From positions 1 to 64,000 of the forward strand of contig JAHDYR010000034.1 of assembly GCA_019828565.1 (NCBI GenBank): a stretch of DNA of 64,000 nucleotides, read 5' to 3'. The DNA is from Carpediemonas membranifera BICM (Eukaryota > Protista > Fornicata). The notes under the pieces were generated by a model. That model ran no database searches, was not told the DNA's origin, and saw nothing but the letters and a program-made list of their open reading frames with translations. The translations under genes and the position numbers were made by a program. Of this stretch, positions 31,647 to 42,341 are shown one piece after another (position 1 is the stretch's first letter; each line of letters begins with the position of its first letter).

Positions 31647-33269
31647 CTAGCGTCTGGTCTTACGACCACCCCCGAAGCCAGCCTGGGCCATGAAGGGGTT
31701 GGCCGAGTTGGATGTCGAGGGCGGTGGGGCGCCGAACCCTCGCGGGGCAGGTGAGGGCGCTGCCCCGAACGGTGTGCTCTGGCCGGGTGTGGCGGCGGGA
31801 CCGAATGGCGAGGGGGCAGACGCGGCAGCGGGGCCAGAGGGGTTTGAGGCGGGCTGGCCGAAGACAGAGCCTCCCGTTGGGGCAGGGGCTGCCGGTTGTC
31901 CGAAGGGCGACGACTGGGCCGCGGGGGCTGAAGCGAAAGGGTTGGGCTTTGGATCTGAGGCCGGGCTGGGGCCACTGCCGAAGGCGAACGCAGAGGACGC
32001 TGGGGCCGCGGGCTGGCTGGGCTGCGAGGTGAAGCCGAACGTCGGCTTGGCATCACCAGTAGGCCTGGCCTGACCACCGAACGCGAAGGCCGTGGCGTCC
32101 TTCTTGGGCTCGGGGGCGGCCTTGGCCCCGAAGGAGAAGGCTGTGGCGGCGGGCTGGGACGTGAACCCGAACGTCGGCTTGTCCGCCGAGGTCGTCTCCT
32201 GGGTCGGCTTGGGCTGGCCTGAACCGAACGTGAAGCCTGCCTTTGGCGCCTCCTTGGGGGTTTCTGCGGGCTTAGCGCCTCCGAACGAGAAGGCCGGGAC
32301 TGCCTTGGACTCGGCCTTCTGGGCCTCGGGTTGGACTGGCGCGGCGGGTTTTGCCGCTGCACCGAACGAGAAGGCAGGCTTTGGCGCCTCAGCGGGCTTC
32401 TCGGGGGCCTTCTCAGCTGACTTCTCAGCGGGCTTGTCGGCCGGCTTCGAGCCAAAGGTGAACCAAGAAGATTTCTGGTCCCCATTCTTGGGCTTTCCAT
32501 CCTTCTCCTCGGGCTTTGCGGGCTGGCCAAATGCGAGCCCGGTCTTGGGGTCGGCCTTCTTGTCCTCGGCGGGCTGTGGTTTGGCGCCGAAGGAGAAGCC
32601 AGCGGGGGGAGCCGGGGCGGGGACAGCCTTATCGTTGGCCTTCGTGTCAGGTGTGAATGACATGCTCTTCTTGGCCGGTGCAAGCTCCTTCAGGGCCGAG
32701 AAGCCGAGCGAGGGCACGTTGTCCTTGGTCCGGGGCGTCAGCTCGGGCGTCTTCGTCGGCCACACGGGGGTTTCCTGCGTGCTAGCAGGGGCAGGGGTGG
32801 TAACCTGCACGGCGCTGTCGACCATGACGGGCAGGGGCGTCTGGGACGACGGCTGGGGTGGGACGGGGGTGAAGGCCGTCGGAGAGCGCTCGACGGGCTC
32901 GGGCTCTGGTGACCGCTTAGAGGTGATAATTGGAGTTGCGGTCTCCTTTTCGATGTCGATCTCTGCCTCGAGGGCCTTGCGGGGACCTGCGGGCGATGCG
33001 ATTGACTGAATGATCGAGCGCGCGGTGCCTGACATCAAAGCAGGCTGCCGACGGGCAAACGATGATGCAGGAAGCTTGAAATTGTTTGGATCGAATCTCA
33101 CCTTGGCGGAAACGGTGGGCGTCTTGCTGATACGAACAATGCTCGAAGAAAGGCGCTTGTGCTTCGTGTGCTTTGATTTTTTCTTCTTGATCGGCGGTTG
33201 CTGGGGCACTGCCACCTGCATGGGCACATAATATCCGCCGTAACCGTAACCGTAGCCTGGATATTGCAT
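31647..33269 (-). CDS. FG-repeat nucleoporin, Nup1/Nup153-like
   Basis: Many FxFG and PFG repeats with K/P/A spacers; basic C-terminus GGGRKTRR. Confidence 0.8.
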   Translation of the reverse strand: MQYPGYGYGYGGYYVPMQVAVPQQPPIKKKKSKHTKHKRLSSSIVRISKTPTVSAKVRFDPNNFKLPASSFARRQPALMSGTARSIIQSIASPAGPRKALEAEIDIEKETATPIITSKRSPEPEPVERSPTAFTPVPPQPSSQTPLPVMVDSAVQVTTPAPASTQETPVWPTKTPELTPRTKDNVPSLGFSALKELAPAKKSMSFTPDTKANDKAVPAPAPPAGFSFGAKPQPAEDKKADPKTGLAFGQPAKPEEKDGKPKNGDQKSSWFTFGSKPADKPAEKSAEKAPEKPAEAPKPAFSFGAAAKPAAPVQPEAQKAESKAVPAFSFGGAKPAETPKEAPKAGFTFGSGQPKPTQETTSADKPTFGFTSQPAATAFSFGAKAAPEPKKDATAFAFGGQARPTGDAKPTFGFTSQPSQPAAPASSAFAFGSGPSPASDPKPNPFASAPAAQSSPFGQPAAPAPTGGSVFGQPASNPSGPAAASAPSPFGPAATPGQSTPFGAAPSPAPRGFGAPPPSTSNSANPFMAQAGFGGGRKTRR

Positions 33270-33419
33270 TCCAAGCCTGTGCACTTTTACATATGTTGTA
33301 TTTCAGCGTGTTTCCAGTGGCTAAGCAACGCATCGACCCAGTATTAGGGCGATGCTCTGGACTAGGGGCTCAAATCGACCTGAACCTAAATCTGCACAGC
33401 ACACCATCGTTCCAACGAT

Positions 33420-34943
33420 ATGTCCTCTGATGAGTTCTCACAGTCTTACAGTGACGATTTCGTTTCGGATTACTCATCGGACTTTGAATCTGAAAGTGAA
33501 TCCTCGGCGTCTTCAGTATACACACCAGGTTTCCCCGTTGAGGCAGGAATGCAGACAAGAAGGCGCGCAAAAGTGACACGATGCGATCAGACAGCTGCAA
33601 ATATCACAATGGATGTTTCCTGTCAAGTCCCAATTGTTGAAATCGCGCCGCCAACGACAGCACTCGACGCATTCCTCCTGAATGTGACGAGGCCGGTTGA
33701 AGAGGCGCTGGAAGAGAACCTCCACATGGCCGAGGTGGAGCTGCAGCTGCGGGCAGAAATAATGCCTCCCCAGTGCGCGGCAGACGCCATCGCTGTTAGC
33801 CTCAACAGAAACCCGCCCGCGTTCCTCAGCCTTCGCCGCGTGGACGGCCTTGCGCCGCTCGCGGATGCTGTGACAGTGCAGCAGGTAGAGTTCCGGACCG
33901 ACGCCCAGTACGAGCTGTTTGCCCTCTACGACGCCCCCCCGGGCACGCCCCTGCCACCACTGCTCCGTCCCGCCATGGCCAGCGCCGCCGTGGACGCTTC
34001 ATCGGCTAGACTGACGTTCATCGTCAAGTGGAACGCCGCAGATGCGGCGGCAGAATCGGCTACGGACGTGGCGCGCGTGTCCGTCCTCGTCGCCCCGAGC
34101 CCGCTGACGACGATCATGTACCACCCCGCCGCCCGCTGCCTAGTCGCCGGAACCGAGTGGGGCGGCATCGTCGTGTATCCCATGGCGGACCTGACCGCGG
34201 CGACGATGTTGACGATCTCGCCCGCGGTGACTCTGGCCGTGCCCCACTGCGGGCCCGTCGCCGGCCTGTGCGCCGCGACGACCGACACGGGCGCCCACCT
34301 CACGATCTCCGTCTGCAGCACGAAGGTGGTGTTCTGGGGCATGGGCGACCAGCCTGTCGTCGCACACGAGCGGGAGACCGGCGAGCACGGCATCCGGGCG
34401 GTCGCCTTGGCCGGTCAGGCGTACGCGGTCAACACAGACAAGGGCCGAGTCCGCACTGTCGGGCTGGACGGCGCTGCGGGCATGGAGTTCTGGCCGGTAC
34501 CCCGTAAGAATGTTCCCGTCGCCGTTAGCTCGATCAGGGCCACGCCGGCCGGCCAGGGCGTGGTCGCGGCGATGCAGTGCGGGTTCAGTCTCTTTCGCGG
34601 GGACGAGTGGCAGCCTGGGTACACGTACGATGCCTACCAGGACCATGTGATGACGGAGGACGACGCGGCCAATGACGCGATCCTGTCGCCATGGCACCCG
34701 GGCATCGCATTCTTCCTGGACGACGGCGAGTGCCGCATGGTCGACATCAACACGCCCGACACACCCGCGATGACGCTCTTCCCCCGCGGCCCCGGCCCCC
34801 GCGTCGGCTGCATGGCCCTGTCTGCCGTGAACGTGCGGCCAGACCGCCCTGACAGCGCCGTTCCCCGCCTGGCCCTGGGTGCCGGTGGGGCAGTCGTTGT
34901 CCAGAAACTGGCGCTTCCCATGGGTGATGCGGTCGTGTGGTGA
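33420..34943 (+). CDS. Divergent WD40 protein, dynein-2 intermediate chain (WDR60/WDR34)-like
   Basis: LDAFLLNVTRPVEEALEEN helix before the propeller; LVAGTEWGGIVVY, SPWHPGIAFFLDDGECRMVDI. Confidence 0.55.
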   Translation: MSSDEFSQSYSDDFVSDYSSDFESESESSASSVYTPGFPVEAGMQTRRRAKVTRCDQTAANITMDVSCQVPIVEIAPPTTALDAFLLNVTRPVEEALEENLHMAEVELQLRAEIMPPQCAADAIAVSLNRNPPAFLSLRRVDGLAPLADAVTVQQVEFRTDAQYELFALYDAPPGTPLPPLLRPAMASAAVDASSARLTFIVKWNAADAAAESATDVARVSVLVAPSPLTTIMYHPAARCLVAGTEWGGIVVYPMADLTAATMLTISPAVTLAVPHCGPVAGLCAATTDTGAHLTISVCSTKVVFWGMGDQPVVAHERETGEHGIRAVALAGQAYAVNTDKGRVRTVGLDGAAGMEFWPVPRKNVPVAVSSIRATPAGQGVVAAMQCGFSLFRGDEWQPGYTYDAYQDHVMTEDDAANDAILSPWHPGIAFFLDDGECRMVDINTPDTPAMTLFPRGPGPRVGCMALSAVNVRPDRPDSAVPRLALGAGGAVVVQKLALPMGDAVVW

Positions 34944-35015
34944 ACGCGGCGGCTGATCATATAAAGTATGGCCAGTCCGTATTTACCTTTCAACTCAAGC
35001 ATCTCCAGCATGGCG

Positions 35016-37307
35016 TCAGCCATCGCCCCGCAGCATCATCTCGTTGCGGAGGTTGAGCAGTATCTTGTCCTTCCGCTGAAGCAGGTCCTTCAGCCGCGCA
35101 TTCTCCTCTTCCAACCGGCCGGCCGCGTTGCTGTACACCTGCGATTGCTGCGCCTTCTGCAGATCCCGCCCCCGGCTCAGCTCCACAACGTGCCCCAGCG
35201 CCTTCTGTGCGCGCCCCTCGGCCTCCTTGACCTTGTCCTGCGCGGCCCTCACTTTGGCCTCTGCGGCCTTGACAGCCTCGTCGGCCTTGCGGATACGTGT
35301 CTCACACTGGGCGTGCTCTATGGCGAGTGCGGCGTACCGCTCCTGCTCCTCCCTGACCCTCGCGTGCAGCCCGTCGATCGCGGATCCCATGGTGCTCGCC
35401 TCATCCACGATCCGCGAGTTCAGCGCCTGTACCTCCTTCATGCCGCCGAATGACGGGATGAACGCCTCGCGACGCCGCAGCTCGGTCTCGGTCAAAGCGA
35501 GTGAGTCCCGCAGGCGCTTGTTCTCAGCCTCGAGGGACGCCGAGTCCTCCACACGCCGGGTCGACTGCATGCGGGTGTCGCCGAGCTCAGACTCGAGCAG
35601 CGCGACCTTCGACTTGAGTTCGAGCGTCTTGTCGTGGTCGGGCTGTATTTCTTCCATCTTCTTGTATGCCCGCTCGAGCTTGGCCGACTGAGCCTTGAGG
35701 TCGGCCTCGAGCCGCCTGATCGTGCCGACACGCTCCTCGGCCACCTTCTGGAACCGGGACACCTTCACAGACGCCTGTTCGTGCTCTGCCTTCAGTGCGT
35801 CATATCCCCGCTGGAGCTTAGTCAGGCGGGCACGGAGCCTCGCGTTGTCGTCCCTCAGCCGCTCGAACGTCTCCCGCTGCCGTCTGTACTTCTCCTCTGC
35901 CGCAGTGTCCACCGGGGCAGGCGTGGGCTCCTTCTTCTGCGGGTTCTTCGGCCGGCTGCGGGGTTGGGGCCGCTCGACGGGTCTGGCCTTCAGGGTGGCC
36001 ACCGTCTCCTGAAGCATCGCCTCCCTCGCAGCCAGGGCCTTTGCCTTCTCCTCGGCGGCGTCCTTGCCCCCCATGAGCGATGCCTCGCGCTTCTCGTGCT
36101 CCACGATGACCGCCTTCAGTGACCCGATCAGCGCATCACGCTCTAGCAGTGGCCGGCCGTCCTTGTACTCCGCAAGCTCCGCCTGGACCTCCCGCAGAGC
36201 GTTGGTCAGCTCGCAGACGAGCCTGCTCTGCTCGCTGCCCTCCGCCCTGAGGCCGTCCACTGTCTGACGCAGCGAGGCCACCGTCGCATCCACGCTCTGC
36301 TGTAGCTCGGGCTGGGTCAATCCCGCGCTGGAGCTGGCGATGGCGGCCCGGACACGTTCGAGCGCTCGGACCAGTCCGGCGATCTCGCCCGCCCGACCGG
36401 TGGAGAAGGCGGCCCGGAGGTCATTCATCTTCATATCGGCCTCCCGCCGGGCAATGAGTGTCTCCTCTCGCTGCTTCGCGAGGATGCCGAAGAGCTTCTC
36501 GATGAGGGCGTCCTTCTCGGCGACCTCCACACCGTGGACGTCTACCGCTGCCTGGCTCGCCTCTACGGCGCGGTTCAACGTCACGGTCCGCTGCAGCAGG
36601 TCGCTGTTGCGGCGAGCCTCCGTCTCGAGTCTGGACCGCAGTGAGGCGATCTCGGATCTGAGTGCGTCAGACTCGGACCGGAAGCCGCTCCGCTCCTCGT
36701 CGAAGTTTAGCCGGGATGCGTGTAGTGCCGAGCTGCTCTGCTCGACCTTGCACTCGGCCTCACCCACCTTCCTTTTCAGCGTGCTAATCTCGGCCTGCAA
36801 CGCCGCATTGCTCTCTACCAGCGCACTCATCTTCGATGTGTCGCTCTCTGGCGCTATTGAATGGAGCTGCGTCTCGACCTCGTCGAGTTGCTCCGCCAGA
36901 TGCTCCCGTTGGCGCTGGAGATCGCTGACGCGGCTCCTGCGCGTCCGAGGGCTCACGACACCAGCGGGGGTGGTTGGAATCCTCGGGCTGGGCTCCGGAG
37001 TATGGCTGACATTCATCACCTCCCCGAGGTCGGCCGGTGTGAGCGCGCTCCTGGTCAGCCGCCCTGGTGACGCCATGGGCGCCGAGTACGCGGACGACGG
37101 ACGCACGGCGACGTTCGCTGGAGACTGCTGCACGGAATCATTTAGATCCGTATGCCCGCCGTACTGATCGTGAGCCTCCATTGCTTGGCCGGGATCTGAT
37201 GATGGTACTGGTGTGGGGCCGACGTCGCTCGAAAAGCCCGGATTTCCGAGGAGAGCATTCAAATCCATGTTTCCTGGTACATCTGAGCTGTAGCTCGCGT
37301 AATTCAT
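35016..37307 (-). CDS. Large coiled-coil protein, 763 aa
   Basis: S/P-rich N-terminus then continuous heptads; GC-rich third codon positions. Confidence 0.85.
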   Translation of the reverse strand: MNYASYSSDVPGNMDLNALLGNPGFSSDVGPTPVPSSDPGQAMEAHDQYGGHTDLNDSVQQSPANVAVRPSSAYSAPMASPGRLTRSALTPADLGEVMNVSHTPEPSPRIPTTPAGVVSPRTRRSRVSDLQRQREHLAEQLDEVETQLHSIAPESDTSKMSALVESNAALQAEISTLKRKVGEAECKVEQSSSALHASRLNFDEERSGFRSESDALRSEIASLRSRLETEARRNSDLLQRTVTLNRAVEASQAAVDVHGVEVAEKDALIEKLFGILAKQREETLIARREADMKMNDLRAAFSTGRAGEIAGLVRALERVRAAIASSSAGLTQPELQQSVDATVASLRQTVDGLRAEGSEQSRLVCELTNALREVQAELAEYKDGRPLLERDALIGSLKAVIVEHEKREASLMGGKDAAEEKAKALAAREAMLQETVATLKARPVERPQPRSRPKNPQKKEPTPAPVDTAAEEKYRRQRETFERLRDDNARLRARLTKLQRGYDALKAEHEQASVKVSRFQKVAEERVGTIRRLEADLKAQSAKLERAYKKMEEIQPDHDKTLELKSKVALLESELGDTRMQSTRRVEDSASLEAENKRLRDSLALTETELRRREAFIPSFGGMKEVQALNSRIVDEASTMGSAIDGLHARVREEQERYAALAIEHAQCETRIRKADEAVKAAEAKVRAAQDKVKEAEGRAQKALGHVVELSRGRDLQKAQQSQVYSNAAGRLEEENARLKDLLQRKDKILLNLRNEMMLRGDG

Positions 37308-37632
37308 TCAGTTGGAACCTATGATGTCCGTCGAGATTTTGGACACAGATCGCAGTTTTTGGTAGAATCTGATGTGCCATTGAAAGGTCCTCCGATGGTA
37401 ACTTCTTGCTTGGGCGGCAGTTTTCTCGCTCCCGCATCTGTCCAATGTCCCCCCTGTGGCGCAAGGCACCGAGTCGGCCTGTTCTGCCGGTGGAGAGTTT
37501 CAAGCACTGGACAGCAGGGGGCGGTCATGGGAGAAGACTACCAACAGGTCAGCTGGGTCGCTGTTGCACCTGGGGCCCGGCATACGGCCGTGCATTGAAT
37601 TTTCAGGAAAAAATCTGGTCAAGACAATCGAC

Positions 37633-38226
37633 ATGGAAGAACTAATGGGAAGAGTAGACGAGCTGCTCAAGCAGCGTAACCTTGGCGGAATTGAGCATTT
37701 CAAGTCTCAGTTCTCCCTTGTGCTCGACGTGTCAAAGGAGTTCCTCGCCAAGGTCGAATGGAGAGATCCTATCATCGTAGGCTCTCTTTCGGCTGTATTT
37801 GTGATGCTTATGATCTCTTTCATGCTCCGCAAGAGCATCGTGCTCCTCATTGTGTACGCACTGCTCCTGCTGATCCTGGCGCTGGTCCCTCTCCTCCTTC
37901 ACAGCCAGATCAGCCAGTTTGAGGTGCTCAAGACGGAGCCTATCGCGTCCATGAACTACTTCGAGCCCGAGGGCATCTTCGTGTTCCTTCTCTTTAGCCT
38001 TCCCTGCATCGCCATTTCCATCATCACCATCGGCATCAGCTACATCAGAACCATCATGGCTCTTCGCGCCAGCAGCATGTACAAGAAGATGAACAGGAAG
38101 GCTGACCGCCCCGCCGGCCCCAACGTCCCTGCCCCCGACAAGGCCCCCGCTGCCGCGGACGAGCCCACCCCCAGCCCTCCCAAGAAGGCTGGCAAGAAGG
38201 CCAAGCGTGCCAAGAAGGTGGATTAA
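37633..38226 (+). CDS. TMEM18-like membrane protein
   Basis: VEWRDPII (cf. DWxEPWL), NYFEPEGIF..LLFSLP (cf. YFDxxGxF..xxFSxP), 3 hydrophobic helices, basic tail. Confidence 0.7.
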   Translation: MEELMGRVDELLKQRNLGGIEHFKSQFSLVLDVSKEFLAKVEWRDPIIVGSLSAVFVMLMISFMLRKSIVLLIVYALLLLILALVPLLLHSQISQFEVLKTEPIASMNYFEPEGIFVFLLFSLPCIAISIITIGISYIRTIMALRASSMYKKMNRKADRPAGPNVPAPDKAPAAADEPTPSPPKKAGKKAKRAKKVD

Positions 38227-38486
38227 GATACATAAATGGCTCCTAGCACTGTCTCCAGTCATTCATCATCTGATTGTCCGGGACACGACGCAGTTCCGGA
38301 TGTTTACAATCAGCACCTCAACGCGCAGCACACCACCGTCCTCCCATCAATCATCGATAACTGGCATGTGCGTGTCCATCGATGTCTAGGATCGGTCTTG
38401 TCCGTTCATCTTTGATATACTGTTCATGATGCGTGCTTTGCCGACGATGCGAACTATGTCGTACGAAGTCTAGACAAACGAAAGCA

Positions 38487-38843
38487 ATGGCTTTCAAAAC
38501 ATCAACAGTTCTAGCACTACTCTCAATCGTGGTCCCTACACTCGCAGAGGGCTCCGTTGCAACCTCCGTGAAGACGGTTCTCAGTGTCGCGCTGCTTGTC
38601 GGTGCCGGCGTTTTCTTCGTCGTGCTCTTCGCGATCCCAGCGTTCGCCCTGCTCATTCTCCTGGCGATCGCAGTGTCGACCAGCGTCATGATCATCGGCG
38701 TCATGTTCGCCTCGACGCTGTACTCGCCCGAGGCGAAGGGCTTCGAAAAGTTCCCCGCCTTCCAGGACCGCATCCTGCCGATCTATGACCTCACAACGCC
38801 ACCGCAAATCCCGCTGCCGACGAGCCCGCAGGCTGACGCATGA
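38487..38843 (+). CDS. Small membrane protein with signal peptide
   Basis: MAFKTSTVLALLSIVVPTLA signal-like N-terminus plus a ~48-aa hydrophobic stretch; GATAAA after the stop. Confidence 0.7.
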   Translation: MAFKTSTVLALLSIVVPTLAEGSVATSVKTVLSVALLVGAGVFFVVLFAIPAFALLILLAIAVSTSVMIIGVMFASTLYSPEAKGFEKFPAFQDRILPIYDLTTPPQIPLPTSPQADA

Positions 38844-39166
38844 GAGACAACTTAAGATAAATACCGTCATTTTGCGCGAAACGCCGCCTGGGACCGGCGG
38901 CTGCATTTCCGGGCCTGCTGCAGTTTGTTTTCCCGTGGGGGCGAGAACAATTCGCGGATTCGACTCAACGACACATTGTGTCGAAGTCACGCTCACTTCT
39001 TCGTGAAAGCTTCAATGTTCGTCTCCGAGCGCCCACCGAGGCAGAAACCGGTGCCAGAGCATTCCGCGCCCCCATAGCTCCTCGCCAGCGCGGCCTGGCG
39101 CTTCAAGCAGCGGAATTTTTGGCCCGAAATCTTGCCGTCGGCGCAATCCTCCCTCACACAGTCAAA

Positions 39167-40519
39167 ATGCGTGAATGCATCTCTATCCACATTGGTCAGG
39201 CCGGTGTTCAGATCGGTAACTCCTGCTGGGAGCTCTACTGCCTCGAGCACGGCATCCAGCCCGACGGCCAGATGCCCTCTGACAAGACCATCGGTGGCGG
39301 TGACGACGCCTTTAACACCTTCTTCTCTGAGACTGGTGCCGGCAAGCACGTCCCCCGCGCCGTCTTCGTCGATCTCGAGCCCACCGTTGTCGATGAGGTC
39401 CGCTCTGGCGTCTACCGCCAGCTGTTCCACCCCGAGCAGCTCATCTCCGGCAAGGAGGATGCTGCCAACAACTACGCTCGTGGCCACTACACCATCGGCA
39501 AGGAGCTCGTCGACCTCGTCCTCGACCGCATCCGTAAGCTCGCTGACAACTGCACTGGCCTCCAGGGCTTCCTGATCTTCCACTCCTTCGGTGGTGGCAC
39601 TGGCTCTGGCTTCGGCTCCCTCCTCCTCGAGCGCCTCTCTGTCGACTACGGCAAGAAGTCCAAGCTCGAGTTCGCTGTCTACCCCTCCCCCCAGGTCGCT
39701 ACCGCTGTTGTCGAGCCCTACAACACCGTCCTCGCCGCTCACTCCATGCTCGAGCACTCCGACTGCGCCTTCATGGTTGACAACGAGGCCATGTACGACA
39801 TCTGCCGCCGCAACCTTGACATCGATCGCCCCACCTACACCAACCTCAACCGCCTGATCGCCCAGTGCATCTCCTCGATCACCGCCTCCCTCCGTTTCGA
39901 CGGTGCCCTCAACGTTGATCTCACTGAGTTCCAGACCAACCTTGTCCCCTACCCCCGTATCCACTTCCCCCTCTGCTCCTACAGCCCCATCATCTCTGCT
40001 GAGAAGGCCTACCACGAGCAGCTCTCCGTTTCCGAGCTCACCAACGCTGTATTCGAGCCCGCTAACTCCATGGTCAAGTGCGATCCCCGCCACGGCAAGT
40101 ACATGGCCTGCTGTCTCATGTACCGCGGTGATGTCGTCCCCAAGGACGTCAACGCCTCCATCGCTACCATCAAGACCAAGCGCACCATCCAGTTCGTTGA
40201 CTGGTGCCCCACTGGCTTCAAGGTTGGCATCAACTACCAGCCTCCCACCGTCGTCCCCGGCGGCGACCTCGCCAAGGTCCAGCGCTCTTGCTTGATGATC
40301 TCCAACACCACCGCCATCGCTGAGGTCTGGTCCCGCATGGACCACAAGTTCGACCTCATGTACGCCAAGCGTGCCTTCGTCCACTGGTACGTCGGTGAGG
40401 GTATGGAGGAGGGTGAGTTCTCTGAGGCCCGTGAGGATATCGCTGCCCTCGAGAAGGATTACGAGGAGATCGGCGCCGACACTGCCGAGGAGGAGCAGGA
40501 AGAGGAGTTCGAGTACTAA
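39167..40519 (+). CDS. TUBA: Alpha-tubulin, copy 1
   Basis: MRECISIH, K40 in [15 protein letters not shown]-terminal EEFEY. Confidence 0.99.
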   Translation: MRECISIHIGQAGVQIGNSCWELYCLEHGIQPDGQMPSDKTIGGGDDAFNTFFSETGAGKHVPRAVFVDLEPTVVDEVRSGVYRQLFHPEQLISGKEDAANNYARGHYTIGKELVDLVLDRIRKLADNCTGLQGFLIFHSFGGGTGSGFGSLLLERLSVDYGKKSKLEFAVYPSPQVATAVVEPYNTVLAAHSMLEHSDCAFMVDNEAMYDICRRNLDIDRPTYTNLNRLIAQCISSITASLRFDGALNVDLTEFQTNLVPYPRIHFPLCSYSPIISAEKAYHEQLSVSELTNAVFEPANSMVKCDPRHGKYMACCLMYRGDVVPKDVNASIATIKTKRTIQFVDWCPTGFKVGINYQPPTVVPGGDLAKVQRSCLMISNTTAIAEVWSRMDHKFDLMYAKRAFVHWYVGEGMEEGEFSEAREDIAALEKDYEEIGADTAEEEQEEEFEY

Positions 40520-40613
40520 GCTTCATGTAAACCCCGCCCTTGAATCCTGATGCCCGCGTTTACTTCTCTGAATGGAGCCTCTAAAAGTAACAATAACCGA
40601 AATTTATCTGAGC

Positions 40614-42244
40614 TCACTCGTCGCCGACGAGCGAGACGTCGACACCGACGTCTGCGATCGCGTCATCCATCATATCCCTGTAGCGGAGGTACGTGCTGCG
40701 TGTGAACGTCACATACTGCACAGCACCGTTCGTGCGGGCCGTGAAGGTCGGCTCGAACGTGCTCTCCGTGCCCTCGATCGCCTCCAGGCCGAGCACGTTC
40801 CAGGGCTTCAGTGCGGCGACAAAACCGTCGCGGCCGAAGCGGACATTGACCTCGCCCTGCAGGACGATCGTGAAGTGGCAGTTGGGCTTCCCGAGCGTGT
40901 AGAGCTCGACGTCGGCGGCGATGCTCTCGGGGTCGTCGGTCATCTCCGACAAATCCAGTCGGGTCACCGTAGTGTGGTTCTCGCTCAGCCGCTGGCACCC
41001 GGCGACCGTGAGCTTCTTCGTGTCGACCACCATGCCCGACCGCACGAACGACTCGAGCGGAGTGGCTGAGAACTGGTTGGGCCCGAAGAGGTCGGGGTAC
41101 GTGTCGCGGAGGAAGGCCGCAGTCGCCTTCGCCTGGGCATGAGTCAGGTTGAAGTCGGAGCGGCGGTGGGCGAAGGCCAGCTGGCGCAGGTCCTCGTGGC
41201 GTGTCCGCTCAATGGCGTTGTAGTGGACCATGCCCATGTCGTCGAGCTCGACCTTGTCCGTCTCGTCGGCGATCTCCGTGTTCAGCAGGGCCTCGATGAC
41301 ATCCTCCATCGTCACGATGCCGCGGAGCACGTACTGAGGGTCTGCATCGCCGTCAGGGTCGACGACGACGTCCTTGACGACGGCGATGTGGGCCTGGCCG
41401 GACTTGAACGTGTTCATCAGCTCCGTGAGGCGCTCGTCGCTGTGCGTCTCGATCGGGGTGCGGCCGATGATGCCCATGAGGTTGCGGAGGGGGATGGCGT
41501 GCTCGGGCGACAGGATGATGAGGTCCTTGACGACAATGATGCCCACGATGTTCGTCCGGGCGCCGCTGTACACGGGGATGCGGCTGTGGCCCGTCTCCAT
41601 CAGCTGGCACATGGTGCGGGTGTCGAGGACAGAGTCGATGCTCATCATAAAGACGTCCTTGAGCTGGGTCATCACCATTGACACCGTCTTCGCCTGGAAG
41701 TCGATAGCCGAGGACAGCATCTTGACCTCGGGCGCGGTGAAGTCCGACGTCTTGCTGGGGAGGGTGGAGTGGTAGTCGAGGAGCTGCTTCAGCTCGGACC
41801 GGGAGTACACGGTCCCGATCTCCTCGCCCAGGAGGAAGTTCAGACAGAGGGCCAGGGGTAGCGTGATGGGCAGGAGGCAGATGAGGCAGATCCACACAGC
41901 GGGGGTGGCTACGGCGCCCACGTAGAGGCCGTATCGGTTGCATATAGCCTGAGGAATGATCTCACCAAAGAGCGTGATCAGGGCGGTGGCAATGAGGGTG
42001 CCGATGCCGTCACCGAAGAGTCTCGCGCTGATGACAGCAAGGACGGCGTTGACGAGGACGTTGGAGAGGAGGAGGGTGCAGAGCAGGAGGTTGCCCCGCT
42101 TCCGGAGCGGGAGGACAACCTTGGCGGCCTTCTTCTGTTTGTCCTTACCAGCATCGATAAGAACCTTCAGAGAGTGTGTATCGAGGCCAAGAAGACCAAG
42201 GTTCAGGCCGCTGAACAACCCAGAACAGAATAGAAGGAAAACGA
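40614..42244 (-). pseudogene. CNNM (DUF21-CBS-CBS-cNMP-like) Mg2+ transporter, 5'-truncated copy
   Basis: FSGLNLGL, LLCTLLL, FGEIIPQA, GHSRIPVY, GIVTMEDVIE; lacks the first ~26 codons including the ATG. Confidence 0.85.
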
Positions 42245-42341
42245 GACGTCGACACGAATAGCGCGAAGTCAGACTTCACCGAGTACACCTGGGTGGCACG
42301 GAAGAACATGCCGCAGGGTCTATCTTTACAACACACGCCAC

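Larger units (their letters stand above)
38536..42244. repeat. Left arm of 3.7-kb inverted duplication (right arm 51969-55679)
   Basis: Reverse complement matches the right arm; I noticed only 2 substitutions and 2 homopolymer indels. Confidence 0.97.

Noticed and set aside
38978-39166. N-terminal extension of alpha-tubulin (also 55048-55290)
   Set aside because: Arises from non-ATG starts in the ORF track; tubulin begins at the canonical MREC.
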